Both the position numbers and the translations under genes were made by a program. This document shows, piece by piece, positions 14,144-30,283 of a stretch of DNA of 64,000 nt; the stretch's first letter is position 1; the number at the start of each line of letters is the position of its first letter. Source of the stretch: Eledone cirrhosa (lineage: Eukaryota); NCBI GenBank assembly GCA_964016885.1, contig OZ024743.1, positions 301,940,001-302,004,000 of the forward strand. Direction: 5' to 3'. The notes below the pieces were generated by a model. The model saw nothing but the letters and a program-made list of their open reading frames with translations. It was not told the origin of the DNA and made no database searches.

Positions 14144-14850
14144 GCTGGGGGTGGGGCGGCTATCAGTGCTCTGTATTTGTGTGGTCGTCTGTTTTTGAAA
14201 ATAAAAGTGGCGAAGATGAGGTCATTTGGAATGAGTATGTTTTGTCGATACAATCAAATTTACATCTAAAAATGTCCACATATGCATTCACATTGCAAAC
14301 ATATACGTGTGCTGTTTATTTTCCTTTTTATTAAAAGCTAAATTAATCGATGAATTAATGCCCTTTAATCGTAGTTAAATGGTACGTTATTCCTCGCCTA
14401 CAACAAGAATCAATGAGAACTTTGGCTCACCGTTTAAATAGTGTATATTACCATTCTTTGTAAAGTGTACTATATGTCTGATGAATTGTTCAATGAGATT
14501 TTATTTCCCTTGAATACTTCTATCATACATACTTTGTCAAATGGAATCTATGTACACTAACAGCATGGGTTCACAATTGAATAGAAATAATGAAGTAAAT
14601 ATTTTGTTGTTGTTATAATACCTGTCTTCAGGCGGCGGCTAGGCTATAATTATTTCAAATCGCATATAACGATTAGTAATTTGCATGAAAAATATTTTGA
14701 TGGACTATTAAGACGGAAGCACGTATACAGTCGAGAACAAAGAGTGAACCCATTTTGTTTGCCGCAAATCTTAATCGTTGTTAATATATACTTATGTAGC
14801 CACACACACACACATACACATACGCAAACACACAACCGCATATATATCTA

Positions 14851-14909
<59 letters not shown>

Positions 14910-15140
14910 TAATCTAGCTGTCGTCTGTTCTACAGTATGGATGTCATTCACTTCGCACAGAAGTTTTGTTCAAATTTATTGAGGAAATTTTGTGAGTTCA
15001 AACTTAATTCTGATACAATTGTGTAGCTTGACCCTCCGTCTGAACTGTCAGGCGGTGGGTCAGCTCATCTTTACCCCTCCTAGAGGTGAAAAACCTGTTT
15101 TAAAAAATTTTGTGTAACAAATTTCAATCGTCTAACAGAA

Positions 15141-17028
15141 ATGTTAAACGCAGCGAACGAAAATAGTGGTGGGGGGACAGCGGTAAGAGTTGTAAGCTCG
15201 CACGCTTTAGTCCCCACTTCCTTCCCAACTAACGTCATAGAGAAGGAAGGAAAAATTAAAATAAAAACAGACGAATCTGCGGAGAAAAAAAATGACGAAA
15301 ACACAAATCTGGACATGGATTCCAACAACGAAAAAAAAAAAATTTGAAAAATTGCATGACAATACTAATAACACAAACAAAGACACAACAAACACAAAAA
15401 TAACATTTGAAAATAACACCATATCAGAAAGCAAAGCAGACGACAAGATTTCATTTGCACAGAAAACAAAGAAATCTTTGACTTATTTAGCGGAAAATAT
15501 TTCAGATGTGGCACGAAGGATCACAGACGCCAGACAATACATAAGTGAAGGAGAGAATGGTATTTTATCGGTAAAAATGCCTCAAGAATTCACCAAAGAC
15601 ATTGAAAGCCGAACGGTCAAGTTTCGGACCATCAACAACAGTACAAAAAAACCTGAACAGCCTTCTCAAGCAGATATCAAAACAGTACTCACAGAAGTAC
15701 TTAATGAAACCACTTTCATAAGAAAAGACAGACTGTATGGAAGCCTAGCAATTATCATGAAGAACGAATCGGCGGCAAAAAAATGTGCTTTGTCACCGAT
15801 TCGTTCGAAACATTTCACCTTTTATCCATCTTATATGGGGAAAAGAACTCAACGCATATGGCTGGATGCAATGATGCCAGATGTGGACTACTGCTGGCTC
15901 ATAGCTGGCTTCATCGATCCAGTGAATGACAACGTGATTTCCATTGGGAAAACCACAGGCAATGCGTTCAGTGGAGCAGGTATAGAGCTGGTAGTGCAAA
16001 TGAAGCCTGAACGCATCGCCCAAATACCCGACAGAATCCTATTAGAGGACCACGGGTATATAAACATTAGCGTGGAGGGGAGAAGGCCATCCTGCCATAT
16101 CTGTGCAGGCAGAGGTCACATGAAGGCCGCTTGTCCCCAACTCAACAAAAAGAAAACCCTGCTACCAACACCAGCTCCACCACCACCACCACAACAGATA
16201 AACAAACAACAAAACTCAGTCCCACCCAACCCGTCCCTCAGTAAAACCACAACACAAACAGTCACAACACATTACCCCAAAACAAAACACAGTCCCACCC
16301 AAACCCTCACTCAATAAAACAACACAACCACCGCAGCCACAACTCACAACACAGTCTAACATAGTGACATCCATCTCCCCCACAAAGAAAACCAACACGG
16401 AAACATTACCAGCAAACATACCTCTTCCCTCCAACACTGAAGATAACCCAACGAATTCGGAGGAAGAAACGGAGTCCTTCAGACAGATTAAAAGGAAAAA
16501 AAGAAACATGTGCAAAACACACAAGGACTAACAACCCCCACCCAAATCTCAACACAATCCAACACAACAGGAAACACCCCTCCAGCAACAAACAAAACCA
16601 AACCTGCCCCTCCCCTCTTCGAAACACTCACACCATCCGAAAAAAAGACATTGCACTATACTTACATCAACAGAAACAATAATAAATTAAATGACCTCAT
16701 ATACAATAATCCTTCGGTACAAACCGAAGGTGTAAACTTTGTTTCGTCAGAAAACTACCCACATTTAAAATTAATAAAGATCCCAATGAACCTCTACCAA
16801 AAACTAAAAGAGGATTTTAAGGAGGACGTAGGACCACCCTCTGTCAAACCCATAAACCGCGTCCTATTAAAAAGCTTTCCCCCTCCCATTCCTCTCCCCA
16901 ACACAACTCCAAACACCCCAACCCCACCACGCACTGACGACCCCACACCACCACAAGACACCCCTTCACCCAACACCCCCGACCCCATGGAAGTCGTGCA
17001 ACCCGAACCCCGGGAAGCGGAAAGGTAG
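15141..17028 (+). pseudogene. Tx1-like ORF1 (gag-like, zinc knuckle, Pro/Thr-rich tail), disrupted
   Basis: VEGRRPSCHICAGRGHMKAACP; frameshifts at A-runs near 15335 and 16500, stop at 16315-16317. Confidence 0.85.
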
Positions 17029-17061
17029 GTCTCCACACTCTCCTTTGGCTCTGCCGCCCAC

Positions 17062-20000
17062 ATGGATGTGTTAAGAGTAGGATGTTTGAATGCACGTGGC
17101 CTGGGCTCAACTTGGAAGCAAGCAAAGCTTCTAAATGACCTCAGGTCATGTAGTATAAATGTAATGGTTATCTGTGAGACTCGAATCAGCGTCGTGCGGC
17201 AGCTGGCCCCCACCTTGGATGACTTTGAGGTGCATGCATCTCTCTGTCAACCTGGAGGTGGGGGTGGGGTTGTCGTACTGCTGCAAAAACACCTGGGTCT
17301 TGCCGTACAGGTTGTGCACTCGGACCCGGAGGGTCGTTTGTTGGTGCTAGACGTTGGCAGTAGTGAAAGTGCGGCCTTGAGTCTGGTCGCCGTCTACTCC
17401 CCTTTCGGAGCTGAACGGTCCGACTTCTTCCAGCGTTTGGAGACTTTTCTGGGAATGTCGCGTTCCCTGCTTCTAGCGGGGGATTGGAATGACATCCTGG
17501 ATGCACGTTGGGACTATGCAGGAGCATGTCCTAATAGAGGGGGGTGTAACAGCCTCAAGGGGTTACTCGACCGTTTTAACTTGGTCGATAGATATCGACT
17601 AGATTTTCCAACTGTGCCTACCTGGACTTGGAGAAACCACAGTGGTCAATCTAGATCGTACTTAGATAGATTCTTAGTTAGAAGTAAGGATAGGGACATA
17701 TTAAGCTGTCCAGAAATGCGCACGGTTGGCTACACGGATCACAAATTAGTGACCTGCGTGGTCAATCTCGAGAAAACACATAGGCAGGGTCCCGGTTACT
17801 GGAAACTTAATTTGTCTTTACCGGCAAAAGAGACTTACAGAAACCGGATTAGCAGATTAGTTAAGGAGAGGTTGACGGGTGCAATCGTCAACAACCGATG
17901 GTGGGCATCTCTCAAAAGAGAGATTAGAACAGAATCAATAAGTTATAGCAAGATGTTAGCTGCCGATAGGAATAGAAACGAGAAAGAATTAACAGGTAAA
18001 TTAGAAGAGGTAATCAAGAGCGAAGATGTGGCCAGAGTGCTGGCATCGAGGACGGCCTTGAACCAGTTTTTCGATGCAAAGCACGGAGGCTGCGTCATTC
18101 GAAGTAAAATACGTGCTCTAGGTAATGAGGGGGCCAAAGCCGTTGGATGGGCCCGCGTGACAGAAGCTAAGAGTGGAAATCGATCCACCATCCGGTCGTT
18201 GCAAGACGAAGATGGACGGGTGATCCGGGAGCCTAAGCAGATGTGCGAGGCCTTTCAAAGGCACTTTGCCCGATTGTTCGGGGGAGGCGAGGGTCCGGGC
18301 AGGGGCGTGGATTTCGGTCCATACCTCGACGGCCTGCCGCGTCTCTCGAGCGAAGAGGCAGAGTCCTGAGAGGGACCAATCTCGGCTGATGAGATCGGAG
18401 ATGCGCTGAGCCAATGCAGCAGACGCAAATCTCCAGGTATCGATGGTATACCTTACGAACTTTATTTAGCAATGCCGGTCTTCTTCTCTGAACTCCTCGA
18501 AGCGGTCTACTGCAATTGGCAGCAGAACGGGAGAATTCCTTGTTCTGTAGCCAAGGGCGTAGTCACGCTGGTGAGGAAGGACGAGAACAATGGGGATAGT
18601 ATAAATAATTTTCGGCCCATAACCCTGCTAAACACAGAGTTAAAGATTTTGGACAAGGTGTTAGCAAAGAGGTTGGCGCTTGTCGTGGGTGGCCTGGTGG
18701 GAGATGCGCAGACATGTGCTATCCCATCCAGGTCCATTCACGATAACCTCCACCTCATGCGATACATCATAGAGAGGGTTGGCAACAAACCCGGCTTCGG
18801 TGGGGCCCTAATCAACTTGGATCAGTCTAAGGCCTTCGATAGGGTCGACCATGGTTACCTGGATGCGGTGCTAGCGGCGGCTGGGTTCGGTCCTTTTTTC
18901 AGAGGCTGGATAACTGCCTTACATAGCAACCACATCTGTTCTAGGATCAAGGTGAACGGCTACCTTTCGAAGCCGTTCGAAATCACACGATACATTCGAC
19001 AGGGGTGCCCTCTCTCCTCCCTTCTGTACGTATTGACTCTCGAGCCTTTTCTGAGGAAGTTGGAGTTGTTGCAGGGTATCCCCCTGGAACCAGGATTGAG
19101 CAAAGCGGTGTCGGCCTACGCCGATGACGTAACAGTAATGGTATCGACCGACTCGGAGATCGAGGCGATCGGTACCTTACTGGAGGAGTACGAAAGGTTG
19201 TCAGGAGCGAAACTGAACCGGGAAAAATCCATCGGGCTGCAACTCGGAACGTGGAGAGGCAGACCGATGCCTCCTGACGGTGTCGTCGGACACTGGACGG
19301 AGGGCCCGGTAAAGTTGCTTGGGGTCTGGTTTGGACCGGACCTCCAGGTGGAAAAGAACTGGAACGAGGTTACGAAAAAGGTGTTTGCACTAACCCAGAA
19401 ATGGGCCAAGTGTAAGCTGTCCCTAAAAGGCCGGGCGGAGGTGGCGAACATTTACATAGCGTCCGTCACTTACTACCGCCTGACTGCTGTGCCTTGCCCT
19501 AAGGAAACACTCACCACCATGGAACGCATGCTCTTCCAATTTCTTTGGAAGAAGCGCCCTCCTATGGTGAGAAGATCCATCTGCTGCCAACAACCTTCGA
19601 AAGGAGGGCTGGGGATGCCGTGGTTGATGATGCGTAGGCACGCATTAAGGCTACGGCACCTACAGGTATTCCTCACTGGTCAACCGGTGTGGGCTCCGTT
19701 CGTGAAACGAGCCTCTCCGAGACTCGTCTCGCTCACCGAGCTACAGTCCTGGGTCAAGCAAAGATCCGGAAAACTGGGAGACTGGCACACAGAGTGTGCT
19801 CAGGCGCTCAAGGCTCTCTGGCAAGCGGGCCAGGCCATCGGTGGAGAATCCACCTCATCATTCTATAGAGGGCTGGTGGCTAGCAGGGGCGATGACACCC
19901 TTGGAGAGTCGCTGGACATGGAAGAAGACGAACTGGCCAGCCTGTTCGGTAGGACTTTCGGCCCAGGACCAATGGACAACTTCCAGAAGTCACTGGCCTG

Positions 20001-20500
20001 GCAGTGCTACCGGGGGGGCTCTACCCGTTCGAGAGAGGCTCTACAGACACGGGCGCCCGGGCAGGGATCCCTCAAAAAAGATTTGCCCTAGATGCGTGCG
20101 TCACGAAGAAACCGTTGCGCACGCATTGGTGCAATGTCCGGGCGTGGCTGATCTGTGGGGCTACGCCGAACGACTGCTGTCGCGGGTGGCGCCGATTAAA
20201 TTGACCGCCGAGTCCGTGATGACAATCAAACCGCCTCCCCTCTTCACAAAGGAAGCAAAGGCGGTTTTTCTGTGCGTAATAGCCATGCTGAAAGAGGTTG
20301 TTTGGTGGACACGATTGAAAGGTCTGAGGTCAGGCAACTTCCTCTCTGGCCATAGTCTGGTCTACTTCTTCCGATATCACTTCGGAAGAAGGATAAGAAT
20401 GGAGAGAGAGGTGCTTGGCCACAGGCAGTTTTATGAAAGGTGGGTGATAGTAGCGAGAATGGCTCGTGTAAATGGGCCTTCTCTGTATACCATCCTGTAG
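17062..20500 (+). pseudogene. Tx1-like ORF2: APE endonuclease, reverse transcriptase, C-terminal CCHC
   Basis: CLNARGL, GDWN, SYLDRFLV, TDHK, GYWKLN; KSPGIDG, FRPITLLN, DQSKAFDRV, RQGCPLS, YADD (19117); CPRC...HALVQC. One stop at 18367 and one frameshift at the G-run near 20015. Confidence 0.95.
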
Positions 20501-20761
20501 GTAAAGAAGTAAAGGAGAGGGGAGCACCTTCTCCATGTGCTCCCCGGGCAAAGGATTGCACACTTTTTCGGGGGGGGGGGTGCAACCCCCATCACGTCCC
20601 CTCCCTTTTGAGGTTATTTTCGATTATTTTCATGTTACACCCTTTTTACTCGATTATATGTAAACTCCCCCTTTGTATTTGTCCCTTCTTTTTATGCCTT
20701 TATGGTAAATAAAGAAATCTATCTATCTATCTATCTATCTATCTATGACTATATCTCTCTA

Positions 20762-22090
<1,329 letters not shown>

Positions 22091-22898
22091 TATATATATA
22101 TATATATTAATAATAATAAATAGGACTATTTGTTAGGTCTTCGTTTCGTTTATTGAGTAGTGACACGTGTGTTGCTACTGATTAGCTCAATGTTCGATAT
22201 GCATCGATCTGGCCCGACTCTGGAATCAAAAGCTCGTCGGACCTCTGTTATGGTAATGACAATATATATATATATATATATATTCTTTCATTACCAAGAA
22301 AATAATTATACATTTATATATACATAGATAGAGAGACGGAGAGATTTATATTACTTCCCTATGTTTATTATTAATGGTCTGTGGTGAACATGATATGTGT
22401 TCTCCCCGCTGAATTAATTGGCTTACAATTTTGAACTCGACACCTTAATTTATTAATCTGGGTTTCTACCCTTCTTTTTTCTTTTCTTCTTCATTCCTGA
22501 GACTTTCATACTGCAGGTGGCATAGTAATTTTTACCGAGTTCAGATCAATTCAATGTGTATTTGTTATAGATTAATTGCCATTAATTAATGTATTGTCTT
22601 TGGTCTATTACTCTACCGGGCAACGTTTGCTTTGTCGTCGGACCCATGCGTGCGAGTGGTACTATTGGTGTGGTTTCAAGACTGCCAGGGTCATTTCGGT
22701 GGTCGATGACCCTGGTTTCCAGTGTCGTTCGTTTGTATTTATATTTATTATAAACAAACATTTTAAAGGTTCCCTTTGAAATATTGTTTCTCCTTTTGCT
22801 TTGCTTTCGTTCGTTGTCTCGTCGTCTCTGTTAAATGTTTGTTATTTTAGGTCAGGTCGGTATTTTATATCCCACTCTATCTCTCTCTTTCTCTCTCG

Positions 22899-22982
<84 letters not shown>

Positions 22983-22985
<3 letters not shown>

Positions 22986-23334
22986 GGAGGTGAGTTTTAT
23001 TTTAGCACAATAAAGCAATGCAAATATCGGATAAGTAGCACTCAACAGTTTATTGGACTGGAGTATATATAAGAAGAAATTAAAAGATGGTTAAAACAGT
23101 TCAATATATTTTATTATGCGCATATCAAAAACAAATATCATCCAGGGACGATATTTGCGTTCTCATCAGATATATTGTTTTGACACTACCTTGCTCACAT
23201 GTGTCTTTTTAAACTTCATATCATGTCTCGCTATTTTATCTGATGATAACGCAAATATCGTCCCTGGATGATATTTGTTTTTGAAATGCGCATAATAAAA
23301 TACATGGAACATTTTTAACCAACTTTTAATTTCT

Positions 23335-23340
<6 letters not shown>
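22983..23340. mobile_element. ORF-less fold-back mini-element with two diverging HHRs (family C)
   Basis: HHR at 23109-23172(-) (GAAA changed to GATA) and 23234-23300(+); (TA)n on both sides. Confidence 0.85.
23234..23300 (+). ncRNA. Hammerhead ribozyme family C with palindromic stem III
   Basis: ttttat-CTGATGA-(gcaaatatc gtccctggat gatatttgt)-GAAA-TGCGCA-TA-ataaaa. Confidence 0.88.
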
Positions 23341-23406
<66 letters not shown>

Positions 23407-25276
23407 TCGATCGACTTCCGTCAAATCGGACCGCGACAACAATGTTTCCATTGGTCTTCCTAAATGCTAATAAAATCTATCGGTCGCAACTCGGAACAAT
23501 TTAAGATCTCCGAACATATCGACACGTACATACTTTTTTGAACGAGTCTGCGCAGCGTTTCCATAATATATTAACATGTAAAACCAAATTGTCTTCTTTT
23601 AAACCTGGACATTTCCGCTGAACATAGTCTGAATTCAGAATATACTCGTTTTAGATGTCTTTCCTCTTTCAAAAATGTATTAGTTCATATTAAACACATT
23701 TTTGGGGGCAAGGAAGCTTGTTTCCGATATCTCATATCCGATGTTTAATGTTTGGTGCTCTGATCTTCTATGACAGTGACGGTTCTTTATGATTATTTTA
23801 TTTTTTAATTCGAATGTTACATAGAAATCTGTAAAGACATGTCAAACTGACAGCTAAGCATCTTAAAGAAATATTGCTTCTAATAACTGCTCACACTATC
23901 TTCATATTTATTATTTTATTCACAAATGCCTGAATGAGAAATATATAATTTGATCAGTTACACTATATTTGAATTTAATACTAAAATGTGCTTACTAGTG
24001 TACTGTATAGTTCCTTCTGTATTCAAGTTATTAAGCATGTTGTTATATCAGTTATAACACTAACTTAATCCAAGATGAATGCGAAGTGAAACTTATATAC
24101 AGAACGTTTATGTAAATAAGGTATAGTTTAAACTATGAACAGTTCTCAATCATCTCCGGCAAACTGTGAAAATGTTTCTGCATTTTACTCCAGCTCCAGT
24201 GGCGTTTCCTCACTCCGTTCTGTGGCAATTATAAGCAATTGTTCTTATACATTTTGCGTAGGGTGTATGTTAGTCAGTGATCAGGTACATTAACCTACAG
24301 TATGTTGGTTCCCACACTGCCACCGAGATAGCTGCTACATAGTCAGAGATTCAAATATAAGCGATAATATATGTGAACCAAGAGGATGATATGATGCGGT
24401 TAAATACTGAACAGATTGATTTGGGATTCTATTACTTTTTCCAAATCACAGAATTATGCAGAATTTAGAAATACCATGTATGTAATTTCATTTTAACACC
24501 TATCGTTTGTTCGTCTTTACTTTGAGTAATATTTATTTCAATGATACGTGCCAAGCCTCCAGATTAAATATAGTTTCTTCTTTTGTACCCCTGTGTCAGA
24601 ACATTCTTGAAAAATGTTATTTCGACTGCCCTTTTAGATTTTAATAATCTATTGCATAACAAACAATTAGAAGTGCTGCATATTTCCTAAATATTTAACA
24701 ATATAATTGAAACGAATTACAATGAATAATAATTACTAATTTTACTATTCAAAGAATACACATTCTCAGTGGTGATCTGTCGATTCGAGTAGAAATAGCG
24801 TGTAAGTTAAACTGCTCCCACACATTTCGATTAATTAAATCTACCACATGAAATATATAGACACGTTAAAATGAAAAGGAAGAAAATTTCATCAAATCAT
24901 AACCATTATCAATAAAAACTTTCGGAGATGTTTAAGCGCATTGTGTTCAAGATAAATTAAAATATAATGAAATGGCTCTTTGACGATATTGAATTGATGG
25001 AAAACGATAACAAATCAACAAATGCAAATACCATATTTTCAAATGCGTGGAACAGTTAATAATCATTGTAAAATTTGCAAACCGTTGTACGATGAAACAT
25101 AAATCAGGAAAATGAAACATGGTCATATTTCAGCAATAATGTTTACTTAAAATAGAGAAATTGAAAGCGTCACAGTTTTCGAGGGCATAGTCAATACACG
25201 TGTTGTGAAAATCTGCTACATCGCTAGAGAAATGAAACACATGCATATATATATATATATATATATATTTATAAAA

Positions 25277-25363
<87 letters not shown>

Positions 25364-25367
25364 TATA

Positions 25368-26700
<1,333 letters not shown>

Positions 26701-26828
26701 TACCTTATTACTTCACACAAAGTAAAACATTTCGTTTTAATCATCTTCTAACCCAGAAAAGAGAGAGAGAGAAACAAAAAAGGAAAAAAAAACATTTTTC
26801 TTCCTAATAATCGTCTCTTTCTCCCTGT

Positions 26829-26895
<67 letters not shown>

Positions 26896-27342
26896 CATTT
26901 AAATCGTATTTTAATTTATTTAAAATATTGTTTAATCTTTACTTGTACCGCTCATATTTTTAGTTCTGCTATCTCAAATTAGTACCATAGAACAACCACT
27001 ATTATAGACACCATGTTTATTTCCGTGCGTACTTAATACATACTGGAATATCTATATCATTCATTTGTATTCTCCCTAATGTTGAGAAAAATATGTTGTA
27101 TCATGCTGCTATACCAAGTAACATGAAATATCAACGAGTCTATAGTTCCCCCATTTTCTTAGGGCCTATTTGTGTGTGGGTCATTTTAACAGCTTGATTC
27201 ATTCACCGAGCAGAAAGCGAAACATCTACTTACTTGGATTTATATCTTGTAAGTTTGGAAAAGCTATCTGAAGAGCTATATCTTTCCATTGGAAATTCTC
27301 TGATTTTCCAATCATTTGATAAGCGAAAAACGTCGGTCACGG

Positions 27343-27420
<78 letters not shown>

Positions 27421-27530
27421 ATATATATATTTAACATATATATATAATATATATAACAGGATCTGGTGGTGAAGAGAGAGATGTAAGGGAATGTTGAATG
27501 TGATAACATTCCCTTACATATATATATAAT

Positions 27531-29025
27531 GGGGTTTGTCCCTCCCTCTGTGAAACCGTTAAGACTGTCCCTGAGCTTCTCCTCTATCCCCGGCTGAATA
27601 TTGTTAAGTATCATCCTGTTGGGGGTCTTTACCACAAGTGAGGTCAGTGAGATGCCCCCTGTAGTTATTTGTGTTAGAGAGATCTCCCTTCGTTGGCACT
27701 GGGACGACGTTACTGATCCTCCACTGATTCGGGGCAACTCATTTCCCCAGTGCCTGGTGACAGAACTCCACGATGATATCATCAAAATCACACCTCTTCA
27801 TCACTTCTGATGCCACTACATCTACATGAGCCTTGCCCTCCTTGATCCTCTTCTTCCCTCTCTGAAGCTCCTCTCTGCTGAAGGGTCCCGTCTCAATATC
27901 AGCCGCCTGATCTCCATAGTGTTCTGGACTGTGCGGATCTCCTAGCAGGGTCCTAAAATGGTTCAGGCACTTCCCCTTCCTATCCTCGGGACCTTTCCCC
28001 TGGATCTGACTCGAATATCTTATATACCCCTCTCTGATCACGTTGATGAGTATCCAGATCTCCTTACATCCAGACCTGTCAACCATTCTCTCCACACTCC
28101 TGTTCTTTTATATCAGTGCCTCTTCTCTGGCATCAGTGTAAGCGGTACAGAGTTCTTCCCTCATCACCTCCATGTTCCCGTATGAACAGCATAGAAATGG
28201 TCCTTGGCAGCTTGCATGTGTTCTCTGGCTGCACACACTTTTGGGTCAGGAGAGCTGACGTGCTTCCTCTTGTTCTTTCTCCTCGGCGCCAGGGTCTCAC
28301 TTGTTTCGGCCACTGCATTGGTGAAGTACCCCTATCTCCTCATCACACACTCCTCAGTCCCCAAATCTCCCTCTCCTCTGCTTCTCCACACAGCGCATTG
28401 TAATTGTTCCTCACTTCTATAACTTATCATCTTCCTTGAAAGCTCTCCAGTCATAGATAGCTCTCCGGGGCTGAGCCTTGCTCTTTCTTAAGCTCACCCG
28501 GACCTCACTCATTACAATCTGGTGGTCACTGCCAGGTGTACTGAAATAGTTGTATGATTCTGTGTTCAGAACACTATTCCGCTACTTTTTCCTCACCAGA
28601 ATGAAATCAATCTGTGACTTGGACAGGTGCATATCTGAGATGTAGGTCCACATCTTCCTCGGATTCTTCCTGAACCTTAGGTTGGTTGCTATCAAGTTCA
28701 CCTCCAGGAGGTAGTCTCTCAGTACTCTTCCATTTTGGTTGGTGTTGTAATGGAATTAACAGCAAGGATGTTCACTGCTCTTCTCTCCTTACTCAGATGT
28801 GCTTTGAAGTCCCCAAGAACAAGCAGGATGCTGTGAGCTTGTGTGCTGTTGGCAGCTCTACACACCTCCTCATGGAACTCCTCCGCACTCACATTACTGT
28901 ATACCTTGGTTGGACTATAGGCTGAGATGACTGTCAATCTTAGGTTTCTATTGATGTTTGCCCTCAACACTCGCGGGGAGACAGGTATTATTTCTCTCAC
29001 CAATAGATTGGTTTTGCACTGGAAA
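27531..29025 (-). pseudogene. RTE-clade LINE, inverted 5' segment (APE endonuclease and RT N-terminus)
   Basis: Minus strand VISAYSPT, LVLGDFKAHL, SQIDFILV, SDH; GPFSREEL...KEGKA; KGDLS..NYRGISLTS...NGF.EG. Confidence 0.88.
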
Positions 29026-29029
29026 ATAG

Positions 29030-30283
<1,254 letters not shown>

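Larger units (their letters stand above)
14910..20716 (+). mobile_element. Near full-length Tx1/L1-clade non-LTR retrotransposon
   Basis: ORF1 with CCHC knuckle, ORF2 with APE-RT-CCHC, 3' UTR ending in AATAAA (about 20708); (TATC)n on both flanks. The 5' boundary is inferred from the flanking repeat. Confidence 0.93.

Noticed and set aside
15793-20585. Minus-strand ORFs overlapping the Tx1 element
   Set aside because: Antisense shadows of a GC-richer coding sequence with no recognisable motifs.
27481-27519. Perfect 15-bp-stem hairpin at the RTE left junction
   Set aside because: Single occurrence with no functional motif; probably a junction by-product.
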